A stretch of 33,020 nucleotides of DNA. Source: Paraphysomonas bandaiensis (taxonomy: Eukaryota > Protista > Chrysophyceae). Where the stretch lies: the NCBI GenBank assembly GCA_965644295.1, contig CBFFRP010000003.1, positions 1-33,020 on the forward strand, written 5' to 3'. Every line of letters starts with the position of its first letter. Positions within the stretch are counted from its first letter, which is position 1. Position numbers and translations under genes: made by a program. Shown here piece after piece: positions 1-12,345 of this stretch. The notes beneath the pieces were generated by a model, which was not told the origin of the DNA, did not search any database, and saw nothing but the letters and a program-made list of their open reading frames with translations.

Positions 1-245
1 CTTAGGCATTAGTAAATACGTAACTACTCTGTACGTTAGTCAGCCCTACCCCATTATACGGATTGATGAAAGATGTGAACTGATCCTTGTCACGTTATTA
101 CAATAAACAATGCAACGATATCACATTATTAAGTCAAACGTGTGTGTGAAAGTCTTATTATCAAACATGGACACTATAAAGAATAAACACATATGAACAC
201 AGGAAGTACGACACATAACATGTCAGCACTTAATCTTCGGCTTCC

Positions 246-3200
246 TTACACTTCATCTGGCGCCTCTTCGTAAACTTTTTGTTGCCAATCACCTCCCCCG
301 TTTTCTAGTGCAGGTCCACCATCATATCCTCCATATTCATTTTGGTCTTCAGAGCTCTCAAAGCATGGATCCACACCCTCGTGTCTATACATCATATACG
401 AGGCATATTGCCCAGCGAAATTTCCGCCATCATCCAACAATTCACCAGTGACATACACCCAATTGTTCTCACTTTCAAATAAAGCAGTACCATCACTGAT
501 AATAGCCCTCCCAATTAATCGATCACCCTCAGATTCATTATAGGTCTTAAGGCGAATTAATATATTCCCGCACGCGATGTCTTGCTTCGATATCTTCCCT
601 GTAAAGTGAGGGTACCACGATGGTGCTACGGAGTTGTCACGCGCAGGCTCTGTGGCATGAAGCCATACACTGCCATCTCCAACCTTTACTTCCACATACG
701 GAACTAGCTCACTGTCAACTTGATATGGAACAAAATAAGCAATAAAATAAATAGCTAAAGAACTGATACGTACTTGAGCTTGGTATATCTGTTAAATGCA
801 TATCGTACACGTCTAAATACCCCATCTCCAATCCTTCTGCATTGGACGCAGGTTCATCCACTGTAACTTCCTCTACATCAGCGGCTGTTTCCACATCACC
901 GGTCTTATCAGATGCAGTAATCGCACAAAGACCTGTGGATTCGGCATTAGTTTCGTTACCGCCCACGTAGTCTGCCTCTTTCGCAACTTCTGAATTCTCT
1001 ACACCACAGTCATTGTTCACTGCCGACACATCGTCAGGCCGCTGTCCAACACTTGATTCCTCTATCCTTTTGGCAGTAACGTTAGGCTCATGGTGGCCAT
1101 TGTCGCCCTTACAAAATTGAGCAGCTAAGTGCTCGTTACTATCACTATCAGTAGTTTCACGTGTACTTGACTCTTTAGAGCGTACAGTTTTCGAGTCACA
1201 GCGGTACTTTACTGTTAACGAGCATTTGCCAACAACAGAACCCGTAGAATCATTCAAGTCTCCAATATACTGAACCCACTGGTTTTTATTTCTCAGAACC
1301 AGCATCTCTTTAAAAACAGAAGTCGCAATTACTTTGTCTTTTGATCCAACATCGACTCTCATGTGACCATTTACAATGTCAGAGTTCGCTATCTCCCCGC
1401 ATATCTGCGTTATCCAAACAGATTCACTCCCGACGTCGTAGTTGAACGGTGTGCTATATTGCCACTTCTTACCATCTCCGATACTTACGACGGCTTTGAG
1501 GTCATGATCATCACCTGAGAAATATGTTCAGTTTAGCACAGTTCAAGATGTACTATATGTATACGTAATATTGCAAAAATATATTCCAAAAACCACAGTA
1601 AATTAGCACGTACTTGTGTTACGGAAATGCGAAACAGCCACTTGGCACACTTCCAAATATTCCTCTACCGAATCTGGTTTAACACTTTCCGTGCAATACT
1701 GCATAGACACTAAATACTTCCCGGCAGGATGTCCCTTGCCATCCCTTAGTTCACCAGCAACATCTCTCCATTTCCCAGCCTTTTGCACAGCACGAGACAC
1801 ATCAATTGTACCCTGACCAATTGTTTGGCTACCTCCAGTAACCATATTACGATCCTTCGCAATTATAACCAGTTCCTGGTTAAGCAACAGGGACCGAGGA
1901 ACTTTCCCCGAAATATTTAGATTGTCCCAAGTTACTTCTACACCACCTTCAACCTGCACAGAAGTAGAATGCTTCCACAAAGATCCATCACCCAGAATGA
2001 GCTCGGCAAAAGGGTCCATTTTACCGCCAAAGAATCCTTCTGCATAGCACCCATAAACGTAAAAATGCTGATAAGTGAAGCTTACCAATATCTTTAAGGT
2101 CCCAAAGCGCAACTTTATGTATTTCCAGCATTCCGTCCGTGATATCATTATTTTCGTCCTTACTGGGAGGCTCAGAGAAAGTGTCAGTACGCACAGCTTC
2201 AGTACCCTCAGTTTCTTTCATCTCATCTGTGTCAACACTACAATTGTTTGCTCCGGAATCAGCACTTTCTTTGTTAATATCATCGCCGGTTTCTTTATTC
2301 TCTCCAGACTGCGCAATAGAGTCTGCATTATTGCTCTTTTCGTCATTATCCGCTTTGTCTACGCTCACGCCACTTGACACTGCGCTCTGGTCAGCTTCAT
2401 AATTCTGCATAGCCCCATTACTATCTTTCTCGTTTTCAGCACCCATCATAGCAGTGTTCGCGCAATCATTACTGCTTTGACCTGGTTCTTGGCTCCCGTT
2501 ATCCCTGACACACTCATCCTTATTTCTCCCACTATTCTTTACTGAATCTATCCCGGTATCACGAGGACTGCGCTGTAACTCTACTTGAATCGCAGGGTTC
2601 ATGTTCTTCTCACTTTCGTCCCTGTTTTTTGTTGCTGTCACTTTCGTCCCTGTTTTTGTTGCCTTCCTTGATCTCGACCTTAACGGCGAGACCATTGGTG
2701 CTCCTCCATTCCTGTTGAAGTCTGAGTTGCGCGGTGAGTTGGTCTCTGGTCTAGAGTTGGATGACGAGGCACGATTGTCGGAATTACCGGCATGACCCCA
2801 CATATTGCTCGGGTTGTTAACACGATATAAGAATATAGCATCATATATACTTTCTATATTCACTTCTGGAAGTGAATTAATCTCCGACGATGACCAATTC
2901 ACGAAATCGTCACATGATATTTTATCCGAAGGATATTTTCCAACATCCTCAAATATCGTAAGAGCCAATCGATTTAAAGTTGAATCATTAGGACATGAAT
3001 CTGGTTTTTCAAGTATACTTGAAAGTGCTCTTGCAATACATAATAATAACATAGTCTATAAACACTTTATATAAGTTCATTTACCTTTAAAATACAAGAG
3101 ATATCTTACCAATTCATCAACTGATATATATCCAGTATGATCAAAATCAATAAGTTGATAACAATTTTGTAATCTATCATTTAATGATTCATAGTTTGCT

Positions 3201-3558
3201 AATGAAATGAATACAATAAATAATGATAATGAATTGATTCTATATAATGATATTAATACATACATTATAAAGAGATTAGAAGACTTACTTTCCATATTGT
3301 TTATAATCTAATAAACTTGTAATGATGACTGTATCTTCATGATTTAAGTTGGTTAAATATTTAATTGTTGATAAATCTAAACTAAAACCATATTCTTCAT
3401 TTGAATATTTTGTAATGATATCATGAATTGTTTCATATGACCCTATAAGAGAATAAATGATTAGATTATATTGATATATATGTATATATATGGATATATT
3501 TACATGTTGTTATAGTATGAAATGAACTGTTTAGTATAATTGATTGTCCAATTCCCAT
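246..3558 (-). CDS. Multi-exon protein: N-terminal myristoylation motif, recoverin/calcineurin-B-like EF-hand region, acidic linker and three C2-like domains (3' end uncertain)
   Basis: ATG at 3558 gives MGIGQS (MGxxxS). EF loop DFDHTGYISVDEL and a second degenerate loop (KISCDDFVNW). Three repeats of the form xLEV/I...DP(F/Y)xE/V..GDG..W...IG.G.I...W....GEL.D..G...G...Y. Introns at 2040-2085, 1515-1613 and 719-773 join the ORF-track pieces in frame; further introns lie in 3050-3500. Confidence 0.7.
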
Positions 3559-3744
3559 CTTCAATATTCTTTATAAATGAAGTTCAATATATTAATATTC
3601 TAAGAAATTTATTATCAATATTATGATTGGATTACAATTATATTTGGATTAATACTTCGACTTTGTTTTAATGAAGTGTGTTGTAATGTAATGTACCGTT
3701 ACATGACTGTCACTCTGTGTGCAGTGCATCTCAATACACAGTTC

Positions 3745-3899
3745 ATACAGCCGTATGCATCTTATTTTCGGAAATAAATTGAAGTAAAATCTGTATATAT
3801 TACTGCAATATACCTACGGCTGGAATACACATAATTGTTATCTCAATATTAGAGGCATCTTGGAACAAAAATACACAAAGAATACCGATACGGCTGTAT
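3745..3899 (+). repeat. ~150-bp dispersed MITE-like repeat, copy 1 (solo)
   Basis: Core TTTTCGGAAATAAATTGAAG...CTACGGCTGGAATACA...TCTCAATATTAGAGGCATCTTG...AAAATACACAAAG is shared with the copies at 12087, 15597 and 31405. Perfect 12-bp terminal inverted repeat ATACAGCCGTAT/ATACGGCTGTAT. Confidence 0.85.
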
Positions 3900-4238
3900 T
3901 GTATGGCAATTTCCAGTATCGTACTTCTTCATATCTCGCAAAGTACTTTACAAGTACAATACATAAGTAAATAAGTACATGTAACACACCATTATATATC
4001 CCCAAATCCCATCTTTCACACTAAAACCACGTATTTTATATCACCAACACTATATATACTCTAGTTTTTTAATTAATTTCTATAAAAATACCAAGATTTT
4101 TGTAATATATAAATTACATATACATGATATCAGTACCAATCAATACATCCACCATTGCAAGCTTAGTAGGCATATATGCCTATATATATATACATATACA
4201 TTAACACACTCCTACATTTATATCTACATATTTTATCA

Positions 4239-6453
4239 ATGCATTATAATCGTGAAGAATCAACTAGTGGTCATGCTGCTGTTAGAAAGCATCTGACAGC
4301 TATGAATAGTATCATTAACTCTAAATCCCTAACTACACCTCACATAAACTCGATGGCTACACATAGAGATCGTAGAATCATTCAACCACATTATCAATAT
4401 ATGAGACGTATGCAATTACCATCCAGTAATATGCATAATCCTGCTGATGCTGTTTGTTCCCATTTTTTATTACATGGATTTAATAGACAACAGAAAGCAC
4501 CTGTACATACTGGATGTTGGTCATCTGATGGAAGGAGGCTTGTATTAGGTACTCAATTAGGTGAATTTAATTTATGGGAGGTATTTATTTTTGTTGTATA
4601 TACAACATGATTTGTTTGTAATGTACAGTATGATAGGGAGATACTTTTAAATTCGAGAAACTAGTTACCACTCATCAAAACCCTATTAGAGCTATGGCAT
4701 GGAGCACGAATGGTCAGATGCTGTTGTCAGGTAACCATAGAACTAGCATATTAAAAATGTAGATAATATACCACTTTATCGTTTGTTGTTGCCCAAATTT
4801 TGTATTTGTACTGTGTTTTTTGTGACAATGTTGACGATGTTAATGTTTTATTGTGTTAGGGGACCACGAGGGCATCATTAAGTACTTCAACGCCAGCATG
4901 ACCAACGTGCGAAACCTTCCGGATGCTCATGAAGGGGCAGTGAGGGGCCTCTCATTCTCCCCTATGGAATCTAAATACGCATCATGCAGGTGCGTGTTGT
5001 TCGAGATTTACATCCCATATTGATCTATATTGTATTTCATATTCATGCTATACACAAGTGTATACAGCATGAATAGTGATATAGTCGCTCTTTATTTCTA
5101 TGTAAGCTTCTCACATTGTCTATAGTGACGACAGTTCTGTCAAAATATGGGATTGGGAGAAGGCTACCCCTGACGTAGAGTATCGTGACGAACATTTAAG
5201 TGACGTGAAGTGCTGTCAATGGCACCCCTATAGATCTCTAGTGGCCTCGGGTTCGAAAGACAATACTGTCAAACTATGGGACCCCCGAGAAACGAAGGCC
5301 GTAAGGTACTGTGCGCATTGTGTTGTTTAGTACTAGCTTGTGTTCTGCTTGCGATATGTTGACTATATGTATGCAGCACAATTCATGGACACAAAAACAC
5401 TGTTTTGTGTTGCTCCTGGAACAGATCAGGTAATTGGCTAGCAACGGGGTCACGCGATCACCTGGTGAGTACACTTCGGTTTACTTCGTTCTTCTGTCTG
5501 ATACGTGGTCATGAAATCTGTAGATCAAAGTCTATGATCTGAGAACAATGACAGAGTTTGCAACCTTAAGGGGACATCAAAAAGAGGTTATAATTATGTC
5601 ATGTGTACTTTAATTGTATGGACGAAACTTTTATTTTTATGTAGTTATTGTTTCCGTGTATATGTGTTTAACGTGCCTGCAGGTTTCAGCATTGCAGTGG
5701 CATCCTCATCAAGAAGCCTTACTTATGTCTGGCGGTTTTAATGGCACATTAATATATTGGACGATGGGATACCAGGTGAAGTTTCACTGTCGTACCATAT
5801 GCAATTTTATTAATTCTTTTTGTGCATTTTTGTCGTAGGGTCCTCACACGATAATCGCGAATGCACACAACTACTCAGTCAATGTCATCGCATGGCACCC
5901 TTTGGGACATTGTGTAGGTACAGCCGCCAACGATGGGATTCTGAAATTCTGGTGTCGCGAGCCTCCAGGAAGTTCTCTGAAAAGTGAACTTAACGAGTGG
6001 CAAGATGCTTCATTAGCCCTTAAGATAACGTACGGCCCACAACCTGCAGCGGTCACCGGGGAAGCCCTGGCAGCTGCATCCGAAGGGGGAGGGACTTTCA
6101 CAGCAGGAACAGGGGGGTCAGCAACGGGTAATGGGATCAGTGACCGTGATAGGGGTGGGCGTGGACGGGGTGGAAAAGGGCGCCCGGGTGATGCATCTGG
6201 AAGAGGAACTCCCGGTGGGCGCGTAAGTAGGCCGTTTCCCCCTCCAATTCCCCCTGGTATGCCTCCACCTGCAAGCCATGGTCCATCTGCGACTGCTCCA
6301 TATCGACCACCTCCACCTCCTGCAGCTTTTAGCCCGGCAAATAGAGGGAAGCCTTCTCAGTCTCCATCAGCCACTCCTTCAACGTGGGCACAGGGATCTG
6401 GAAACCGGGGAGTGCCTCAAGAGTCGAGAAAAAGAAGTAGATTTTCCAGTTAG
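4239..6453 (+). CDS. WDR33: Pre-mRNA 3'-end processing WD40 protein WDR33/Pfs2/FY (multi-exon) with Gly/Pro/RGG-rich tail
   Basis: Spliced peptides WSSDGRRLVLGTQLGEFNLW, AHEGAVRGLSFSP, DVKCCQWHPYRSLVASGSKDNTVKLWDPR, HGHKNTVLCCSWNRSGNWLATGSRD, LRGHQKEVSALQWHP and AWHPLGHCVGTAANDGILKFWCREPPG match the WDR33 pattern. Several GT-AG introns. Confidence 0.9.
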
Positions 6454-7101
6454 TTGTGAATTTATAGGATGTCTTATATTCTCGTAGCAGTTGTGTGGAA
6501 TAAACTATACCGGTTGGTTGTGACATTCATCCCAGCAATGTCGTAGTGTTTAGTAATGATTCATTTGTACGCTTGAAGACAGTACAGACGTACAGACGAT
6601 GTTACTTTTTGTATTGTCTCCACTTAAATATTCCTTCAGTTATCAAAGTTTATGGGTGACACTTTAGTAAAAGTTTTAGAAACATTTAGACACTACTATG
6701 ACATGAACCTCACGAGTGTTTAACTAAACTTGTCGAGCACTTTTTCGGAAAATACGAAATTGACATGATGGTTGTTGTTGATAAGTTTTACATGACAACA
6801 CACAATAGTTAGTCTATCTAGTTTGATTACAATATATTCTCTTAACGATCTGAACTGTGAAAATAGCTCATGTCTATATCTACGTCTACGGACCAATATT
6901 CGAAGGTTTTAGGATTTTTTGGATGTGATGTGTATTGAAAGATACTTGTAAAGTATAGATTGCACTCACGTGTAAATCGTTTGCACTGCTATCTGCTATC
7001 AGAATGAACAATTAGCTCAAAGTTAAACTAAAATTACATTCCTGAAATAAATTACATTCCAAAGAACAACTATGCTCATACTGCACCCAAGACAACTGTA
7101 T

Positions 7102-9291
7102 CTATCTTCTTTCTACCGCAGGTGCCGTCCGCGTTCGCTGAAACTCAAGCAGCTTTTGCTTCATTTTAGACAACTGTTGTGAGAAATCATTTTCAGCTTC
7201 ACTTCTAGCAAGGAGTCTATACTCCAATTCTTCGATGGATATTGCCTCCGCTTGTTCCATCAGAATGCTCAATACAGTATTGATATAGTTCGGCTGGTCT
7301 TTGTCCTCTCTAAGATGAAAGTACGACCAAAGCCCATATGTAGGATTGTAGGCTACTTCTGCGACATTGATAGCTTGCCGAGAGTCTTCCGTGTCCGCAT
7401 TCACTCGAAGAGTGTCAAACTCCCCTAGACCTACTCGACTTTTTCCACGCATCGTACAGTCCACTAGTACACCATCTGGACCAAGTGCAAATAGCGCGGG
7501 ACCATCCTTCCCATTGCCTACACACAAAACACACGTAACAAACAACTACATCCCACAGGCGCACAACATCATACCAATACTGGGCACATAATTAACACAA
7601 ACATATTTTACCACATAACACATATACCACAAGAACTGCTTACCATCACAGTTCACAGTTAGGTCTACAGATGCCAGCTCTGGCCACTTCCACTTTACAA
7701 GATTGATGTCTGTAGAAAATACGTAAGGAAGATTCGGTTGAAAGATGAGCCCATCAGATTTATGGTGACGATCAACAGATTCACGATACACTCGCTCCCC
7801 ATTCTCCACTACCATACGCTGAAGCAACTTACGAAGGTCCGCTTTCGGCCAGAAAATTTTCTCAACAATCCTCAAGTGAGATGTACCCGAATCATTGAGT
7901 CGTTTTAAACGAGGTGCAATGGAAGTACGAATAATTTCAAGTCGACGGTCAAAGGGCATGCTTGCGCATGGACGACCATCCATAGCCAAGATATCAAACA
8001 CAAGAAAAACAGACTTTTTCGTCTTCAGATTATGAACTACCTCACCGTCCAGAACGGTACCCAGTCCAAGTGCCTCACCAATTTTACCCCAGCCAGGAGG
8101 CAAAAATAAGTGCTTAGAACGGTTCATTAACACCGCCCCACAGCTGCTCGTGGAGTCTACATCACTCTGTAACTGCAATGTATCTTTCGGTAATGAGTAC
8201 ATAAGATATCTCACACCATCCGACTTTTCGGTAACAAAGTACGAGTTCTGCTGGAGAGTCAAAAGGTTTCGACGACTAATATTCAGCGGCATACTGCCAA
8301 TGAAATCCAACGAACCATTCTGGCCCCGGATTTTGTTAGTTATGCTTGCAAGAGCATTGACAACAGATGGGCTCTGGGGTAGGGAAGTAATACTGAGCAC
8401 GTCATCACCGGTACTGATGCTTGACGGTATACATAAGTTAAAAATTGATAATAACTCTGTCGCAAGGCGGCTTGTGACTTCAACAGCCTTTGAATCATCA
8501 GCGGAGAGCCAACTTTTAAGTGCAACAGGGAGCATCTCGAACTCAAGTTCAATAGACACAGTCTTTTTTCCTGCTCCGACACCTTGCAGAGTTGTAGTCT
8601 CAACCTCGGTCATATCTATCACCCATGCGGAGTTAGGATTGGAATCCAGTCGAAATTTGGTTCTGCGCTTGAGCCTCTCGACATGCCATACTATGTCACG
8701 GGGTACACCTGACTGATGCGCTTGTTGCCCATTGCTTCCTCCTACTGATATCTCACTCGCAACATCAATTCGCATATCAAACTGATGACCCAGACAGGCA
8801 ATATCTCGCCGTAAAAACTTATCTTTGGCTTCTAACAATCCTACTTCTCGTCCTTGTGAATCAAATACACATCTATTATTACCACTTTCATCAACTCTTA
8901 CACGTTGTGGTTCTTGTATATTCATTGAATAACCCGATGATTTTAATATATTTTTAATTTTATCAGCATTAATTTCATCAATGCCTGATTTAAAGCTAAC
9001 ACCACGGTCAGTTGATGTGACAACAATCCCACCACCAGTTTTATGATATGATTTCCATCTTCTATGATCCGTTATGAGCATACCAATACGCATTTCAATT
9101 TCAATTAAATCAGGATTTAATTTAATTGATTTTGTATTAATTTCTGTACGCATATCGTGTAAAGATTTTGCAATTTCTTGAAAGAGTGGACGAATCTCTA
9201 TACGGGGACGTTTATGGAGAGGTGCAGAGGCTGCACGATCAAGTTCTTTTGATTGTCTGTTCATGAGATCATCTAGCATGTTGAGACTCAT
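7102..9291 (-). CDS. mRNA capping enzyme: CYTH/TTM RNA triphosphatase fused to guanylyltransferase; probable intron 7518-7643
   Basis: TTM glutamate motifs IEIEMRIG and IELEFE. GTase motifs I (TEKSDGVR), III (VLDGEV), IIIa (FLVFDIL), IV (DGLIF), V (VKWK) and VI (LREDK). Likely start MSLNMLDD at 9291; the upstream MYVC run in the ORF track is microsatellite. Confidence 0.88.
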
Positions 9292-9376
9292 ATTGTGTGA
9301 AGGAATGAGGTGATAGAGTGTTAATAGTGATTGATAATGAGACCACGCACTGCTATATATACACATACATATATAG

Positions 9377-9590
9377 ACATACATACATACATACATACAT
9401 ACATACATACATACATACATACATACATACATACATACATACATACATACATACATACATACATACATACATACATACATACATACATACATACATACAT
9501 ACATACATACATACATACATACATACATACATACATACATACATACATACATACATACATACATACATACATACATACATACATACATAC
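9377..9590. repeat. Perfect (ACAT)n microsatellite, about 53 units
   Basis: Directly visible uninterrupted tetranucleotide array. Confidence 0.99.
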
Positions 9591-9659
9591 GTACAGCCAT
9601 CTGTGTCTTCATATCATTTCATGGAACATTCATCATAGTAGGAATCTCTTATCCCCCAA

Positions 9660-10061
9660 ATGAAACTCAATCAAGTCACTGTCCCATCCCTCAATATCTC
9701 CAAATCAATTGACTTCTATGTGAAGTTAGGTCTTAAGCTTATTGTTCATTCTGATAATCATTATGCTCGATTTGAGTGTCCGGATGGCGGCAGCACCTTC
9801 TCTATTATACATGTACCTAATCTACCCACTGGTGATGGTATACATGTATATTTTGAACTTCAAGAAGATGAATTAAATGAGAAAGTACAGAGTTTAGTGG
9901 AAGATGGTATACAGTTCTTAGAGATGCCTACTGATAAGTCTTGGCTATGGAGGGAAGCACATGTTTTGGATCCTGACAATAATCATATTGTCTTATATTA
10001 TGCAGGTGAAAATCGTTTGAATCCTCCATGGAGATTGCAGGAATCGAAACTTGAAAAGTAG
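9660..10061 (+). CDS. VOC family glyoxalase/bleomycin-resistance protein, intronless
   Basis: 133 aa: MKLNQVTVPSLNISKSIDFYVKLGL...HVYFE...PTDKSWLWREAHVLDPDNNHIVLY...NPPWRL, a typical VOC beta-alpha-beta-beta-beta pattern. Confidence 0.9.
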   Translation: MKLNQVTVPSLNISKSIDFYVKLGLKLIVHSDNHYARFECPDGGSTFSIIHVPNLPTGDGIHVYFELQEDELNEKVQSLVEDGIQFLEMPTDKSWLWREAHVLDPDNNHIVLYYAGENRLNPPWRLQESKLEK

Positions 10062-10423
10062 AATGATGATACATATAATTGCGTGCTTTTGATAAAACAT
10101 TTTAGTATTATGTGCCACATAAGCCGCAATAACTTTTAATAAAGAGATAGAAATATATTGTTGTTAAATGGCATTCAACAAGCACAAATGTCACTTGCGA
10201 TGAGAAATGATTGTTTAAAATTTACTTTCTTTGTTGTTCAGAGTTCAATCCTAATATTGGCATGCTGCCTGAAGTTATTAGTAAGATATATAAAAACAGA
10301 TAGAAGTTGAGTACAGATAAAAAACACAGTTGCAAGTGCTTATATACTACTAAACTGTAGAGTAGTACCTATTTACGTTCTGAGTTTGGAAAGATCGTTG
10401 TGGAACAATGATAAAGTTATAGA

Positions 10424-11728
10424 TTACGTCGGTGCAGACAAAGGTGCAATGGTACGAATGGATGTACCCCATTTAATTCGAAGCCTATATAACAGCAATA
10501 TAGTGTAAATATAACTTTCTGGTGGTTCTGGACACGTCAACCCAGATATCTCACACATACAGTGAAGCCAAGAAATATATGGTAATGGAAGCCTACAACT
10601 ATGCACTATGAAAAGAAGCGTTTCGCGGGTAGTGGGGGTACTGTCAAACATCGCAATAACAGAGAAAAGAGTGTTGGTATATTTACGTAAAGCGTCCTTT
10701 TTCACATTCAAAGATAGAGGTGTCTGAAGACGTCTCCACAATGAAAAATCTGCAAGAGGGGTTCTCCTCTCGATTCGGGCATCTGTCCCCACCGCATATT
10801 CTATAGTCATACGCATGCGCTCCCCTGATACCAACTTAAATGTACAATGATGCATGAGATGGCTTTCTCTATCCCAAGCTTCTACACGGTCAACCTTAGA
10901 CGACGTTATAGAGTCAAAGACAACTAGAACCTCCCATGGTAGAGCCCCTTCAACAAGTGCTATGTCTGTTGTGGCAACTAACCAGGAACCAGAGCGGTCC
11001 TGTAATACTGTATCCGGTTCAAACATACTTGTGCGATAAAGCAGGGCTCTAACTGAACGCATGAGAGTTTCAGGGGAGTATCCTGGTCCATCCTCTACCA
11101 ATACACCGGCAGATGATAGAAGATCAAGTCCAAACTCACACAATAGTCCAGCATATTTTCTGGCAAATAATAGCACTCTCTGACGACACAGAATTGCACG
11201 CCATAGGACTAGAAAAGTGGGACACTGAATCAGTAAATCCTTGTCTTGCCGCTTCTGAGAAATAACAGGGAGCGAGTTAAATACACTGTGATATTCCGGT
11301 TTATTAGAAAAAAAAAGTTCGACAGCAGCCGATGGCGTAGATTGAGACTTTAGGCAATGAGAAGCATATTCCATGATATCAAACTGCCCAGGATAATTGT
11401 TCAAATGATTAGCCAAAAACAGCAAAAACTGAAGTAGAGAACGACATGTTCCTAAATCTTCTGCCAAAACACCAACACTTCTAGCTCTACAAAATCTTTC
11501 TTCTGAATTATCAGTACGAAGTAAATTAAAAGCAGCTCCACTCCAAAGATGACTATTATTAGGATGACGAAATAATACATAATCATATGTAGAATGTTGA
11601 AATCCAGCTCCAATTGATAAGCATTCGATTCCATTGAGATCATGTGTAGATGAATCACACCATTCAATTATATTACCAATTTTAGGATTAAAAAATGAAA
11701 CATAGAGTGTAGAACATACTGATGTCAT
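10424..11728 (-). CDS. DENN-superfamily protein, DENND11/LCHN (DUF2347)-like, single exon
   Basis: N-terminus F..F..KIGNIIEW....DLNGIE...G.....DYVLF...G.AAF......ER..RARSVGVL and central LWRAILCRQRVLLF resemble DENND11/Anr2. Confidence 0.65.
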   Translation of the reverse strand: MTSVCSTLYVSFFNPKIGNIIEWCDSSTHDLNGIECLSIGAGFQHSTYDYVLFRHPNNSHLWSGAAFNLLRTDNSEERFCRARSVGVLAEDLGTCRSLLQFLLFLANHLNNYPGQFDIMEYASHCLKSQSTPSAAVELFFSNKPEYHSVFNSLPVISQKRQDKDLLIQCPTFLVLWRAILCRQRVLLFARKYAGLLCEFGLDLLSSAGVLVEDGPGYSPETLMRSVRALLYRTSMFEPDTVLQDRSGSWLVATTDIALVEGALPWEVLVVFDSITSSKVDRVEAWDRESHLMHHCTFKLVSGERMRMTIEYAVGTDARIERRTPLADFSLWRRLQTPLSLNVKKDALRKYTNTLFSVIAMFDSTPTTRETLLFIVHSCRLPLPYISWLHCMCEISGLTCPEPPESYIYTILLLYRLRIKWGTSIRTIAPLSAPT

Positions 11729-12086
11729 GATTATATGAGTAGAGTGGTGTGCTATGTATATATATGTATATATATGGCTGTATGTGTGTGTATCTATAGG
11801 TGTATTGTATTAGATGTTATAGTAGGTGTTATAGAGGGATAGTGATATGATAGAACATGTCATGCTGTATATAAGGAGAGGATGGGGGGGGAGATTAAAG
11901 GTATTCTCTGCTTATTGTTATCTTAAGGATGTATGTGGATGGAGGGATATATGGATGGATCCATACGAGGGAATCTAGAGAGGAGTTGATGTACTGCTGT
12001 ATTGTATATGTACTGCTGTACTTATGTAGATACTGTACATACGTACTGCTGAATATTATACATATGCACTGCTGTGTATACATACG

Positions 12087-12240
12087 TGCATCTCGGCAGT
12101 CAGCATCATATTTTCGGAAATATATTGAAGTAAAACTGCTCTATATTACTGTACTACAACTACGGCTGGAATACAGACAATTGTTGTCTCAATATTAGAG
12201 GCATATTTAGACAAAAATATACAAAGGATGCCGATACGCA
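12087..12240 (+). repeat. ~150-bp dispersed repeat, copy 2 (left flank of Harbinger-like element)
   Basis: Same core as copy 1; ends TGCATCTCGGCA ... TGCCGATACGCA form an imperfect inverted repeat. Confidence 0.85.
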
Positions 12241-12345
12241 TTGATGTCAGTCCAACGCTAGTTATCTTTCTATTCAATTGCAATAATGTTGCATATTAAA
12301 TTCATTACAAGTCAATAATTTTAAACAGAGTGGCACCACATTAAC

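Noticed and set aside
6741-6763. TTTTCGGAAAATACGAAATTGA resembling the 150-bp repeat start
   Set aside because: Too short; flanks do not align.
7102-9291. Endogenous giant-virus segment suggested by the fused capping enzyme
   Set aside because: Neighbours are ordinary eukaryotic genes, the gene appears to have a spliceosomal intron, and no other viral hallmark genes are present.
9292-9663. ORFs with MYVC/YIHT repeats and the N-terminal ~107 aa of the 688-aa ORF
   Set aside because: Translations of the stop-free (CATA)n microsatellite; not credible protein.
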